DNA from: Candidatus Omnitrophota bacterium | GTDB lineage: Bacteria > Omnitrophota > Gorgyraeia > Gygaellales > Profunditerraquicolaceae | Assembly: GCA_016208765.1 (NCBI GenBank) | Contig: JACQXK010000001.1 | Location: forward strand, 192,365 to 256,364 | Direction of reading: 5' to 3' | DNA length: 64,000 nt | In this document: positions 28,206 through 37,886 of the stretch, piece after piece | Layout: each line of letters begins with the position of its first letter | How positions within the stretch are numbered: the stretch's first letter is position 1 | The notes under the pieces: generated by a model | The model's input: the letters and a program-made list of their open reading frames with translations, nothing else | Told to the model about the DNA's origin: nothing | The model's database searches: none | Position numbers and translations under genes: made by a program

Positions 28206-29309
28206 GTGGCGCAGGTAAGTTTAAGGGGTGTTTCAAAGATTTACGCAGGTGGAGTAAGGGCAGTAGACAGGATAGGCCTCGGCGTAGAAAATAAAGAATT
28301 CATGGTTTTGGTCGGGCCTTCTGGTTGCGGAAAGTCAACGACATTAAGGATGGTTGCCGGATTAGAGGATATTAGCGAAGGCGATATTTTCATCGGTAAT
28401 AAAAGGGTTAATGACGTCCCGGCAAAAGACCGCGATATAGCCATGGTTTTTCAGAATTACGCGCTTTATCCTCATATGACTGTTTTTGAAAACATGTCTT
28501 TTGGTTTAAGGCTTAGGCATATCCCTAAACATGAAATTACTCAGCGCGTAAATGATGCGGCGGAAATCCTGGGTATCAAGCGTTTGCTTGGGCGCCGCCC
28601 AAAGGAACTTTCCGGAGGTGAGCGTCAACGTGTGGCCGTGGGCAGGGCTATAGTGCGTAAACCCATGGTTTTCTTGTTTGATGAACCTCTAAGCAATCTT
28701 GACGCAAAAATGCGCGTTCAGATGCGCACAGAAATTCATAAATTACATATCAGGCTCCAGACAACCATTATTTATGTCACCCATGACCAGGTGGAAGCTA
28801 TGACCATGGGAGACAGGATCGCTGTTATGAAAGACGGCCTCCTGCAGCAGGTTGCTGACCCGATCACGGTTTATGACCGTCCTAAAAATAAATTTGTCGC
28901 CGGTTTCATAGGCTCTCCTCCGATGAATTTTATGAACGGTAAGATCATAAAAAAAGAGGGAAAGCTTTATTTTAATGAGGGAAGGCTTAACGTAAGGATC
29001 GTAGAGGAGATGTATCCCAAGATGATGCCTTATGCCGGTAAAGATATAATTTTTGGCATCCGTTCAGAGGATGTTTATGATAAATTGTTTGTTTCTGATG
29101 CGCCGCAGGAAAATATTGTCCGGGTTACCTGTGAGGTGTTTGAACCCATGGGTTCTGAGGTCTATCTGTACCTGAATACCGGAAAACATACTTTTATCGC
29201 TCGCGTTGGCGCACACGATAAGCCGAATCTTAATCAGGACATGGACCTTGTTTTTGATATGAGCAAAGTCCACTTTTTTGATAAAGACACAGAGGAAACA
29301 ATAGTTTAG
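28206..29309 (+). CDS. ABC transporter ATP-binding protein of the MalK/UgpC sugar-import type, with a C-terminal TOBE domain.
   Basis: Walker A GPSGCGKST, LSGGERQRVA signature and FLFDEPLSNLD. GTG at 28206 is preferred as the start over the TTG at 28191 in the ORF track, because GGAGGAG lies 6 nt upstream. Confidence 0.85.
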   Translation: MAQVSLRGVSKIYAGGVRAVDRIGLGVENKEFMVLVGPSGCGKSTTLRMVAGLEDISEGDIFIGNKRVNDVPAKDRDIAMVFQNYALYPHMTVFENMSFGLRLRHIPKHEITQRVNDAAEILGIKRLLGRRPKELSGGERQRVAVGRAIVRKPMVFLFDEPLSNLDAKMRVQMRTEIHKLHIRLQTTIIYVTHDQVEAMTMGDRIAVMKDGLLQQVADPITVYDRPKNKFVAGFIGSPPMNFMNGKIIKKEGKLYFNEGRLNVRIVEEMYPKMMPYAGKDIIFGIRSEDVYDKLFVSDAPQENIVRVTCEVFEPMGSEVYLYLNTGKHTFIARVGAHDKPNLNQDMDLVFDMSKVHFFDKDTEETIV

Positions 29310-29310
29310 T

Positions 29311-30588
29311 TTGCCTATTTTCCTGAAAAATACCTTCCGGTTAATTTTTCTTCTCGTTATATTCTTAGCCTTGCCAGTTTTTTTTCTTCAAAAGAAACTC
29401 CTTTCTTCAGGCCCATTCTTCTTGTTTTACCTGATTAATCTTACGTTTATTATCATTTCGGCAAACAGGGTTTCTAAAAGAAAATTTGCAGTTCAATACG
29501 AAAGCCAGAAGATTGAAGAAGGCCTGAATGTTTTGTCCGCGGATAATCTTAAAGAAGATAAACACAATATCAACCTGCAGCAAAAAACAATCCGCTATAA
29601 CAGTCTCAAAGAAATAATTGAAGAATTAAATCAAAGGCTTGATGTTGATTTTGTCGCCGGTAAGCTCTCGGGAATTGTATTTTCTTTGCTTGCCGCAAAT
29701 AAAGGGGCCTGTCTGTTGTATTTAGTGGATAACCAGACGCAAAGGCTCTCTTTGTTTAAAACAAAAAAAGAAAATTCCGGCATGGTGGTTAAGGCAAAAG
29801 AAGGCGATATGTTTGATTTGTGGGTACTCAGGCATACGAGCCCATTATTGGTTGAGGATGCAAAAAAAGATTTTCGTTTTGATTTAGATAAGTTTAAAAA
29901 GGATGATTCAAGGCAGGTTGAATCTTTAATCAGCTCTCCTTTGGTAAGCGGGCAGAAACTGATTGGGATCTTGCGCCTTGATTCTCCTGTTAAAAATGCA
30001 TTTAGCCAGGATGATCTGCGTTTCTTGGCTACGGTTTGTGAAATAGGAGCAGTGGCCCTGGAAAACAGCCAGTTGTTCCAGAAAACGAGGGATTTGGCGA
30101 TCCACGACGGGTTGACCTCGCTTTATACCAAGGGATATTTTCTGGAGCGGTTAAAAGAGGAATGCCGCAGGGCGTTGCGTCACGGCTCAGAGTTGAGCCT
30201 GTTAATGCTTGATATTGATTTCTTTAAAAATTATAACGATAAGTTTGGGCATAGCGCAGGAGATATTGTTTTAAAGAATTTAACGCGCTTATTGAATGAA
30301 TCCTCTAAGGGTGAAGATGCGGTTTTAGGCCGTTTTGGAGGAGAGGAATTTTGTGTGATCTTAAAAGGAAAAGACAAAAAAGATGCGCTTATTTTTGCGG
30401 ATGGATTGCGCCAGAAGATTGAAGGCGAGTCCGTAACCTTGCGCAGGGAAAGAACAAGCATTACTGTATCAATAGGCGTTGCAAGTTTTCCTCCGGATAC
30501 AACCGATGAAAATGACCTGGTGCGTAAGGCAGATGCGGCAATGTATGAGGCAAAGAAAAAAGGAAGAAATCAGGTATGCTGTATTTAA
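29311..30588 (+). CDS. Membrane-anchored GAF-GGDEF diguanylate cyclase.
   Basis: N-terminal TM helices, a GAF-like middle region and a GGDEF domain with RFGGEEF. Confidence 0.8.
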   Translation: MPIFLKNTFRLIFLLVIFLALPVFFLQKKLLSSGPFFLFYLINLTFIIISANRVSKRKFAVQYESQKIEEGLNVLSADNLKEDKHNINLQQKTIRYNSLKEIIEELNQRLDVDFVAGKLSGIVFSLLAANKGACLLYLVDNQTQRLSLFKTKKENSGMVVKAKEGDMFDLWVLRHTSPLLVEDAKKDFRFDLDKFKKDDSRQVESLISSPLVSGQKLIGILRLDSPVKNAFSQDDLRFLATVCEIGAVALENSQLFQKTRDLAIHDGLTSLYTKGYFLERLKEECRRALRHGSELSLLMLDIDFFKNYNDKFGHSAGDIVLKNLTRLLNESSKGEDAVLGRFGGEEFCVILKGKDKKDALIFADGLRQKIEGESVTLRRERTSITVSIGVASFPPDTTDENDLVRKADAAMYEAKKKGRNQVCCI

Positions 30589-31559
30589 CCGCACTGTTTT
30601 TACTGACTTTAATTCTGCAGGTTTATGTTTTAAGATTGCTGCGCATTAATTTTAATAAGGCAGATACAAAATTGAAACAATTAACAAGAAAGCACGCCAA
30701 TTTATTTAAGAAAAATGCTGCGCTTAAATCCGAGAACGCAGTTTTAGGAAAAAGTACTGAAGAAATTATCCAGATATATGAAGTTACCAAAAATATCTGC
30801 AAGAGCCTTGATGAAGAACAGGTCTTTAATAGTTTCCGTGAAGATGTAAGCCGGTTCATTAAATTGGATGATTGCAAATTCCTGAGTGCTGGAGAAGATA
30901 CTTCTCGGTATGATAAAGAAAATGTTTTGCCGATAAATATTGACGATAGTTTGGTTGGGTATCTTGCTGCTATTAATTTGCGCGCTGACGAACGCGAAGA
31001 ATTTTTTATTCTTGGAGGACAGTTCAAGCTTGGAATTGAAAGGGCGATTCTTTACAAAAAAGTCCAGGAGCTTGCGATTACCGACGGACTTACACAACTT
31101 TTGAGCCGCAGGTATTTCTTGGAAAAGTTTGCTGAAGAAATAGAGCGTTCACAGAAATTTGGGCTAAGTTTTGCTTTTTTGATGATTGATTTGGATAATT
31201 TTAAAAGCTTTAATGACCGTTACGGGCATTTAGTGGGAGATGCATTGTTAAGAGAAGTGGCGAATGGTATTAAAGAAAATATAAGGCAGATAGATTTTAT
31301 CTGTCGTTATGGCGGTGAAGAAATTGCGCTGGTGTTGGCTGAAACGAACCAGGAACATGCCCGGCTGGCAGCTGAGCGTATACGCAGGTCAATTGAATCA
31401 AAAAATATTAACATTTATGATGAAGTGCTTAAGATTACAATCAGTATAGGTATGTCTAATTTCCCGGATGGAAAGGCAGACGCAAAGTCGCTTATTGAAA
31501 AAGCAGATAAGGCTTTGTATAAGGCAAAGCAATCCGGCCGCAACAAAGTTTGTTTCTAA
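30576..31559 (+). CDS. GGDEF-domain protein (variant GGEEI active-site motif) with an N-terminal TM/coiled-coil and a GAF-like region.
   Basis: RYGGEEIAL in the GGDEF domain. It overlaps the upstream GGDEF gene by 13 nt. Confidence 0.75.
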   Translation: MLYLTALFLLTLILQVYVLRLLRINFNKADTKLKQLTRKHANLFKKNAALKSENAVLGKSTEEIIQIYEVTKNICKSLDEEQVFNSFREDVSRFIKLDDCKFLSAGEDTSRYDKENVLPINIDDSLVGYLAAINLRADEREEFFILGGQFKLGIERAILYKKVQELAITDGLTQLLSRRYFLEKFAEEIERSQKFGLSFAFLMIDLDNFKSFNDRYGHLVGDALLREVANGIKENIRQIDFICRYGGEEIALVLAETNQEHARLAAERIRRSIESKNINIYDEVLKITISIGMSNFPDGKADAKSLIEKADKALYKAKQSGRNKVCF

Positions 31560-31639
31560 AGAAACCCCTTTCTTTTTACCCCTGCTTTACCCTTGTTTCA
31601 CTCTCCCTGTATATTATACTTATCTTACCTATTATATTT

Positions 31640-31722
31640 AGGGACGGTTCTGATTTGCGCTTAAAAGTGTCCCTTACTATTTAAAGCAGGGACAGTTTTA
31701 ACCGTGTTTCAGAACCGTCCCT
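31640..31722. repeat. 83-bp nested palindrome in the GGGAC family: AGGGACGGTTCTGA…AAAAGTGTCCCT-N13-AGGGACAGTTTT…TCAGAACCGTCCCT.
   Basis: Outer 14-bp perfect inverted repeat and inner roughly 12-bp inverted repeat. It lies 25 bp upstream of the giant gene start. Confidence 0.8.
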
Positions 31723-31746
31723 AACTTACACACTTTTCACTACCTT

Positions 31747-34700
31747 ATGACTAAAAGACTCTCTAAACTAATTGCCTTACTTTTAAGCTTTCTACTGCTA
31801 ATAGAGCAAGCAGGCTTTGCAGCTGGTGGTGCCATAGACCTATCAAGCCAATTCTCTAAGCTTGCCTCAGGCATATCTACTACTCTATCATCTGCTACTA
31901 CAGCTACCTTTCGTCCCATACACCTAAGATACCTGGAGTATCTACCTAAAGATAACAGCTTTAAGCTGCTCTTAGATAAAGGTAGCGTAGATACGTCATT
32001 GCGAGGCGCTTCACAGAGTAGGATAACGAAGCAATCTCAAAACCAGATTGCTTCGTCGCTCGTTTCGCTCGCTCCTCGCAATGACGATTTACACACCTTA
32101 CACCCCATATCGCAAGCTGAACTACAAGACCTCCAATCCACCACCCAAGACCTAATGAACTACTTCTACATAGGCCTCACACTACCTAATGATTCCTTCT
32201 GGGTTAACCTAAGACCTGCCCCGTTGATGACCGAAGGTCAATCTACGGGGACTGACTCACCCAACAACATCATAGACTCCTACCTATCTAAAACAGATAT
32301 AGGCAGAATTCTTCTTGAAGCTGATGTACAGCTAAAGAAAGACACCTCAAGCTACACTAACCCAGCTACTCCTATAGGAAAGCAATACTGGAATAAGCTC
32401 TACAAGAAAGCCTCTGATCTCTTTGGAACAGACCAGATTACTATCCCTACCCTAACAAGACCATGGATAGTTCCAGGAGAGATAATCATAAGAGAAAGTC
32501 TGTCACCTGTTGCCAGTGTTGGACAGGAGACAGGTGACAGGAGACAGGCGACACATCCCTCTGCCTACATCTACAAAGCTACCCTTAAAGTAATGCTTGA
32601 AGAAGACTACTTGAAGGGACTGTCCCCGAAGGGGACTGTCCCTGGTTCAACAGACTACTCCTTCACTGATCCGCGCCTTAAAGAACTCAACTCCTACTCT
32701 ACAGAACTAATCAAAGAACTAATCATCCCCAAACTGACTAAAGAGGTAAACTCCTCTAAAAGATACTCTAAGCTAAGACAGGTATACTACTCTCTAATAC
32801 TTGCTCAATGGTTTAAGTCAAGGCAGAAGGGACTGTCCCCGAAGGGAACTGTCCCTGATTTGATTGACTCTAAAAATCTCTCTAACCTAACCTCTAAAAC
32901 TACTTGGGATAAAGCTACCTACTTCAACCAATACCAACAATCCTTCACTAAAGGAGAATACAATACCAAGGAAACAGTCTATACACCTTCTGGACAGGTG
33001 ATCAGGAGTTATATGAGTGGAGGGATTACCTTGATGCAAGGGAGTTTTCCTATTCAGCAAGGGGCTACTTTTGAAAGCCAAGCCGGAAGCCCGATTAAAG
33101 TAGTCCCTGCCAACAGCCCTATTCCAGAAACTCTAAAAAATATCGCAGTAGAAATTAGTTGTTCGGTTTTAAATTCAGACAATTCTACAGTACAGTTAAT
33201 TCCAGAAGTATCATCTGAGAAAATGTATACGCCAGCCAGTTCTTCAGTAGTAAATCACGAAACTAGCGTAGGGCAACTTGTGCTTTTAGAAAAAAGAGAA
33301 TTCCGCTGGCTTCCGGAAGATATTACTAAAGTTGAACAACTGATTCCTGAATTGAAGAAATTTAGCCGAGGCGCAGAGGGTGTTGTGAAGCAGGAGGTAG
33401 CAATCTCACTTTTAGCGGGGCTGATTAGAAAGGAAAACTCAAAATCAATCGCAGCTTTTGAGGATTTAGCTGGACAGATAAAAGAATTTATTGCTCCGAA
33501 ACAAAGGCTTAGCTTAAAGTATGTATCGCTGAAGATTATAAATGCCGCAGCGCAAAATGGAAATCCGGTGGCATTAAAGCTAATCAAGGAATCAACAAGT
33601 GATTTAATAAAAACAATTATTGCGATTGAGCAAAAAGGAGATGTTTATGAAGGGCTTCAAGATATGGTGTTGGATGAGATGCTGGCGTTGTTGATTAGAG
33701 GCGAAAATAACGCATTATTAGAAATAGCAACAGCTTTATCCCAAGGATTAAGGGAAAATCTTCCATCAAGCCAGGATATAAATGAGATCAAGGGAATTCG
33801 TCAGCTCTTTAAACAAGCTCTCAATATGTCAGGTCTTAAGGTAATATTTAAGCTCCGTGAGATCGCAGCAATCCGCGCAACCAATAGTCTCATTCAGGCA
33901 TTGGAGCTTGATACGGAAGACATAATTTACGGTTACTGCGAAGAGCTAAATAAGAAGATGGTGCAGGAAGCAATTGAAAAAGGAGAGCTTCCTCCCGGCT
34001 ATTCTACTAAAAAATATACAGATTCGGCGGATCAGCATCAAAAGGATATCGTAGTAATATTTAATGATAATCAGTCTTTAGGCAGATCAGCCGACAAATT
34101 ACAATTACCTTATTACATTTTTAAATACGGGCTGCCAGAACCATTACCGCAGGAAATTGTAGCTAGAATGCGGCAAGAGATGAATATAGGAAAGCGCAAA
34201 GTGATTGTCGCCGGGTCAGTTGATCGGCAAGAAATAGGCGTTTTAATGGCTGCTTATAATAGTTTATACCGCAATCTCCCTGTAGAACAGCGTCCGTTAT
34301 TAGTTTTGGCTCCTCGGGATATAATCGATTTAGATGATGTGGATTTAAGTCAGCCAGATGCGCCTCTTGTGCTTAAGCAGGGAGAATTGTTAAAATCTTA
34401 TGCCTTAGCCGATGTTTGTATTGTAGGTAGCGATCGTAATATTTTAGAGCCATCAAGCCAGAGAAAATTGGTGTTGTATTTCTCGGGTTATTGGCGCAGC
34501 AATCAGCAAGCGAAAGATATGCTAGTTTCTTCGGGCGGAGCAATAGAGTTTAATCAAGATAATCTCTCTCTAGCGGTAAATAATCCGCAGATAACGCAAG
34601 AATTGGGAGAGAAAGGTTTTAAGATAGTGCAAGAATTCAAAAATAAGATTATTCCACAAACAACGGATATCGCGGCAATCTTCGGATTGTCTTTGTTGAT

Positions 34701-37700
34701 TAAGAAAGTAGCACAGCAACGCGCCGCCTCATCGGTAGTGGAGAAAAAAACAGAAACGTCATCTGGCTTTCTCCAAGGGTCTTCGTCTTCGGCTGTCGCA
34801 ATAAGTGATTTCTACGCAGAACAGTTAAAAACAAAATTTTATATCTCACCGCACCAGCAGGAAGCAATAGATATTTTGGAAAAATACAAAGCGTATTTTA
34901 GCAGTGGCATGAATATTCAGCAGAAGGATGGAGATTGCTTTAGCGGTGGAGTTGTCAATTACGCTCAAGCTTTGATAGGAATTATAGCGGGTTTTATTGT
35001 TGTCAGCCAAGATAAAAAAAGCTTAGTTTTTCTTCAAGCACAAGGCCTTGTTAATCTTCGTGGCATGGTTAACGCTTTAGAGTTTTTGGAAAAAAACAAA
35101 ACTTCCTATGAAAAAAGGGGAATGATTAGGGATGAGGTTGGGGCAATAGGCATAGGCTTTTCATATCAAGAGGCAAAAGCTGGGATAATATCCGGGGTTG
35201 TGATTGTCTCGCTTAAAGGGGATGAATTATTGGTCAAGCAGGGTAAAAACAGGTCAGATGTCCCTTCTTATGTTGTTGTTGATATTTGGGGCCGGCCGAT
35301 GGTTGTTACTATCGGGTTTGCCGATAAATTAATGTCTGCTGCTGTGGCAGGGCGTAGGGCTAAAATTGAAAAAAATCCATCAGAGCGAGAAAGGCTTGCC
35401 TTGGAACAGTCTCAATATCTAAGCGCAGTAATTGATGGTGTTTCTATTGCTCACGTTGGAGATTATTTTGAGGCGAATGGAAATCTTTTCATAGTTAATA
35501 AGGTATATATAGAAACTGATGAAAATGGCAGGTTAGTATCTTTTAATTATTTTGGTGAACAAGCCCCTCTTCAGCAAGGACAATTGAGTTTTGCGTCTCG
35601 GCGGTTGCAATTAAATCATTATTATCAGCCATTATCTCAAAAAGAGGTAGAGGATTTTCTTAAAGCCAGGGAGAATGAAAAACAACAAGCGGATAGAAGG
35701 AATTTACAGGTTAATGTGGAGTCATTAGAAAAGAAAGTTAATAATGGGCTTAACTGGGGAACAGAAGGCAACGTAGCCAAACTCTTGTCTGAATGTGAAA
35801 AAGCAGGGTTTGAAGATTTGCTTGGGCGTATGAGAAATGTCTGCGCAGGGTTTGTTGATATTCGGCGCATCTATGATACATACGGTAAAGATATTAATAA
35901 AATATCTGTTTTATTAGAGCAACTTGCTTTTAGTCGGGCCGAGAAATTAGTTGAAGTTTTATCTCTACGTTCTCAACTGGAAGAAATTATAAAACAAATT
36001 GAGCAAGATAATGGGAATAAAGCAGCTTTAGAATTCTGGGACAAGGAAGCGAAACATTTGCTTGGAAAAGTTAATAAGTTGTTGGGCCGTTTAGAGCAGG
36101 ATGCTTCTTGGCGTAGAAGGCAAGTTGCGCGCAGGCAAGTTCCGATGAAGCGTTTGGGTTCTCTGTATCCCGGAGAAAGAAGGCAGGAAGCAAAAGAGCT
36201 TTTTTGCGATTCGGAAAATCCCGTAACTATTATTATTGGTAGTGGAACGATATTGGAAATAGGTAAAGATAGTTTCGGTTTTTTTGTGGTTCGTGCTAAT
36301 GAGGTAGACAGAGAATTTGGGAGAAGGGTATATATCAGTGAGCAAGGCATAAAGATAGGCAGTGACAGGCAAACGGGTTATTTGCGTATAGGGGATGTAG
36401 TTTCTACTGCTCATAAGGATTCCTTGGTTTCTAGGGAACATCTGGAGATTAGTGTTATTGACCAGCAGACTATTAAATTAGCTGATAAAGGTTCTCTTAA
36501 TGGCACAAGTTATAGAGTTTTTGAGGGGGAGCTGGTTAATCCTGTTTATGAACGTTCGGAGGTTGAAGAATTAGCCTTGGCTGTGGCGGCAAGGTTAGGC
36601 GGCGGGGGATTGTACTTTGATTCAGACAAAAGGAAAATAGGGGAAAACAGGGTTTTTGAAGCCCGCGACAGTCTTGAGGTGATTTTTGGACAGCGGGAAG
36701 GAAATAAAGAAGAAGCATCAGAAAATCTTTTTAAATTCTTCCGCAGATATGGGATTATTTTTATCTATGAAAATAATTTTGCTTTATTAGGCAAAGTTGA
36801 GAGCGTTATTCCTGTTTCCTACCGGTTTTTCAAAAGGGTATTATTGATAAAGCCGTGGTATCAAAAGGGAATGGAAAATATATTGGGATTTTATTCAGGG
36901 CGAATCCAATCACTAACCGAAGGATACGCAATCTTAGGCCAGCGCGGAGAACAGGAAACATCAGAAGAAAATCGTCTTACTGGAGTTCACGAGGCTAATC
37001 ATGGGTTTGATTCAAGCGAAATAATTGAACTTAACAGAATTGGCAAAAGAGTTGCGGTTGATGCCACAATGTTTGAATATACAGCTTATTTGGCGATGTT
37101 GTTGGTAGAGGATGAAAAGGCTGCTTATCATGCCTATATGGAAATGTATGAAGTTTATCAGCAGTATAATTTTAAAGGCAACTATCCAAATCCGAATATT
37201 GCCGCACAATGCAGAATTATCGGCGAGTACCAAGAACAAGGTCATCACGGAGACTCTTTAACTAATGAAACTATTAGGAAGATGGCACAACAATTAAGAA
37301 ATAACTATTATAATGAATTTTTTGGTTTTGTTCCTTCTTATCCTGATGTTTGGCAGGCATTTTCAAAAGCTCAAAACGCCTCCTCGGCTGTGACAGGCGA
37401 CTCCTCGACTAAGCTCGGAGTAAATAGTCGACTGGAGACTGGTGACACTAAAGGCGGTATTGACTTCCGTAGCCTCCCCATCGTCACCCAAGCTGTCTCT
37501 AACTTAGGCTTAACTACTATGAATCAGGAGCTAAGGAATAGATTAATGAATTTTAATCTAAGCTCTGAGCTAAATGAAATAGAGAAACTCACTAATGCAG
37601 GTATTACCCCCTCAACCCAAAGAATTAAAGAATACATTCAAGCAAGCTCCATCTCTATTAATTCCCCAGAAGATACCCAGAAACTACTCTCCTGTATTGC

Positions 37701-37791
37701 AGATATCCTCAGAAAACAGGAAGAAGAATGCTGCCCTACAGATCCTACCTTAAAAGATATTCTTGTAGTATTGGAATCAGGGATAAGTTAA
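31747..37791 (+). CDS. Giant secreted multidomain protein (2014 aa) with a GT30/Kdo-transferase-like region and a C-terminal-proximal FHA domain. It also carries two in-frame palindromic-element insertions.
   Basis: Signal peptide MTKRLSKLIALLLSFLLLIEQAGFA. Region …RKVIVAGSVDRQEIGVLMAAYN…LLVLAPRD…ADVCIVGSDRNILEPSSQ…SSGGAIEF resembles the KdtA C-terminal fold. FHA-like region …YLRIGD…SREHLEI…DKGSLNGT. The insertion peptides are GLSPKGTVP, twice. Confidence 0.6.
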   Translation: MTKRLSKLIALLLSFLLLIEQAGFAAGGAIDLSSQFSKLASGISTTLSSATTATFRPIHLRYLEYLPKDNSFKLLLDKGSVDTSLRGASQSRITKQSQNQIASSLVSLAPRNDDLHTLHPISQAELQDLQSTTQDLMNYFYIGLTLPNDSFWVNLRPAPLMTEGQSTGTDSPNNIIDSYLSKTDIGRILLEADVQLKKDTSSYTNPATPIGKQYWNKLYKKASDLFGTDQITIPTLTRPWIVPGEIIIRESLSPVASVGQETGDRRQATHPSAYIYKATLKVMLEEDYLKGLSPKGTVPGSTDYSFTDPRLKELNSYSTELIKELIIPKLTKEVNSSKRYSKLRQVYYSLILAQWFKSRQKGLSPKGTVPDLIDSKNLSNLTSKTTWDKATYFNQYQQSFTKGEYNTKETVYTPSGQVIRSYMSGGITLMQGSFPIQQGATFESQAGSPIKVVPANSPIPETLKNIAVEISCSVLNSDNSTVQLIPEVSSEKMYTPASSSVVNHETSVGQLVLLEKREFRWLPEDITKVEQLIPELKKFSRGAEGVVKQEVAISLLAGLIRKENSKSIAAFEDLAGQIKEFIAPKQRLSLKYVSLKIINAAAQNGNPVALKLIKESTSDLIKTIIAIEQKGDVYEGLQDMVLDEMLALLIRGENNALLEIATALSQGLRENLPSSQDINEIKGIRQLFKQALNMSGLKVIFKLREIAAIRATNSLIQALELDTEDIIYGYCEELNKKMVQEAIEKGELPPGYSTKKYTDSADQHQKDIVVIFNDNQSLGRSADKLQLPYYIFKYGLPEPLPQEIVARMRQEMNIGKRKVIVAGSVDRQEIGVLMAAYNSLYRNLPVEQRPLLVLAPRDIIDLDDVDLSQPDAPLVLKQGELLKSYALADVCIVGSDRNILEPSSQRKLVLYFSGYWRSNQQAKDMLVSSGGAIEFNQDNLSLAVNNPQITQELGEKGFKIVQEFKNKIIPQTTDIAAIFGLSLLIKKVAQQRAASSVVEKKTETSSGFLQGSSSSAVAISDFYAEQLKTKFYISPHQQEAIDILEKYKAYFSSGMNIQQKDGDCFSGGVVNYAQALIGIIAGFIVVSQDKKSLVFLQAQGLVNLRGMVNALEFLEKNKTSYEKRGMIRDEVGAIGIGFSYQEAKAGIISGVVIVSLKGDELLVKQGKNRSDVPSYVVVDIWGRPMVVTIGFADKLMSAAVAGRRAKIEKNPSERERLALEQSQYLSAVIDGVSIAHVGDYFEANGNLFIVNKVYIETDENGRLVSFNYFGEQAPLQQGQLSFASRRLQLNHYYQPLSQKEVEDFLKARENEKQQADRRNLQVNVESLEKKVNNGLNWGTEGNVAKLLSECEKAGFEDLLGRMRNVCAGFVDIRRIYDTYGKDINKISVLLEQLAFSRAEKLVEVLSLRSQLEEIIKQIEQDNGNKAALEFWDKEAKHLLGKVNKLLGRLEQDASWRRRQVARRQVPMKRLGSLYPGERRQEAKELFCDSENPVTIIIGSGTILEIGKDSFGFFVVRANEVDREFGRRVYISEQGIKIGSDRQTGYLRIGDVVSTAHKDSLVSREHLEISVIDQQTIKLADKGSLNGTSYRVFEGELVNPVYERSEVEELALAVAARLGGGGLYFDSDKRKIGENRVFEARDSLEVIFGQREGNKEEASENLFKFFRRYGIIFIYENNFALLGKVESVIPVSYRFFKRVLLIKPWYQKGMENILGFYSGRIQSLTEGYAILGQRGEQETSEENRLTGVHEANHGFDSSEIIELNRIGKRVAVDATMFEYTAYLAMLLVEDEKAAYHAYMEMYEVYQQYNFKGNYPNPNIAAQCRIIGEYQEQGHHGDSLTNETIRKMAQQLRNNYYNEFFGFVPSYPDVWQAFSKAQNASSAVTGDSSTKLGVNSRLETGDTKGGIDFRSLPIVTQAVSNLGLTTMNQELRNRLMNFNLSSELNEIEKLTNAGITPSTQRIKEYIQASSISINSPEDTQKLLSCIADILRKQEEECCPTDPTLKDILVVLESGIS
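32625..32653. repeat. Palindromic element in reverse orientation (AGGGACTGTCCCC-GAA-GGGGACTGTCCCT), in-frame in the giant gene.
   Basis: Reverse complement of the miaB element core. It encodes GLSPKGTVP. Confidence 0.85.
32828..32856. repeat. Second reverse-orientation palindromic element (AGGGACTGTCCCC-GAAG-GGAACTGTCCCT), in-frame in the giant gene.
   Basis: Same core with one substitution. It encodes GLSPKGTVP. Confidence 0.85.
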
Positions 37792-37886
37792 CCCAAAGTT
37801 CCATTTAATTAACCAATTAAAGTACTGTAAATTAACGCAACTATAATTCTTGCATTGGAAGTATTTTTAATATAAAATACTTCAAA

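Noticed and set aside
37858-37883. Rho-independent terminator after the giant gene: a 10-bp AT-rich hairpin GAAGTATTTT-N6-AAAATACTTC.
   Set aside because: There is no downstream U-tract and the stem is AT-only. It directly abuts the ROK kinase start region, so it is more likely incidental or a translational element.
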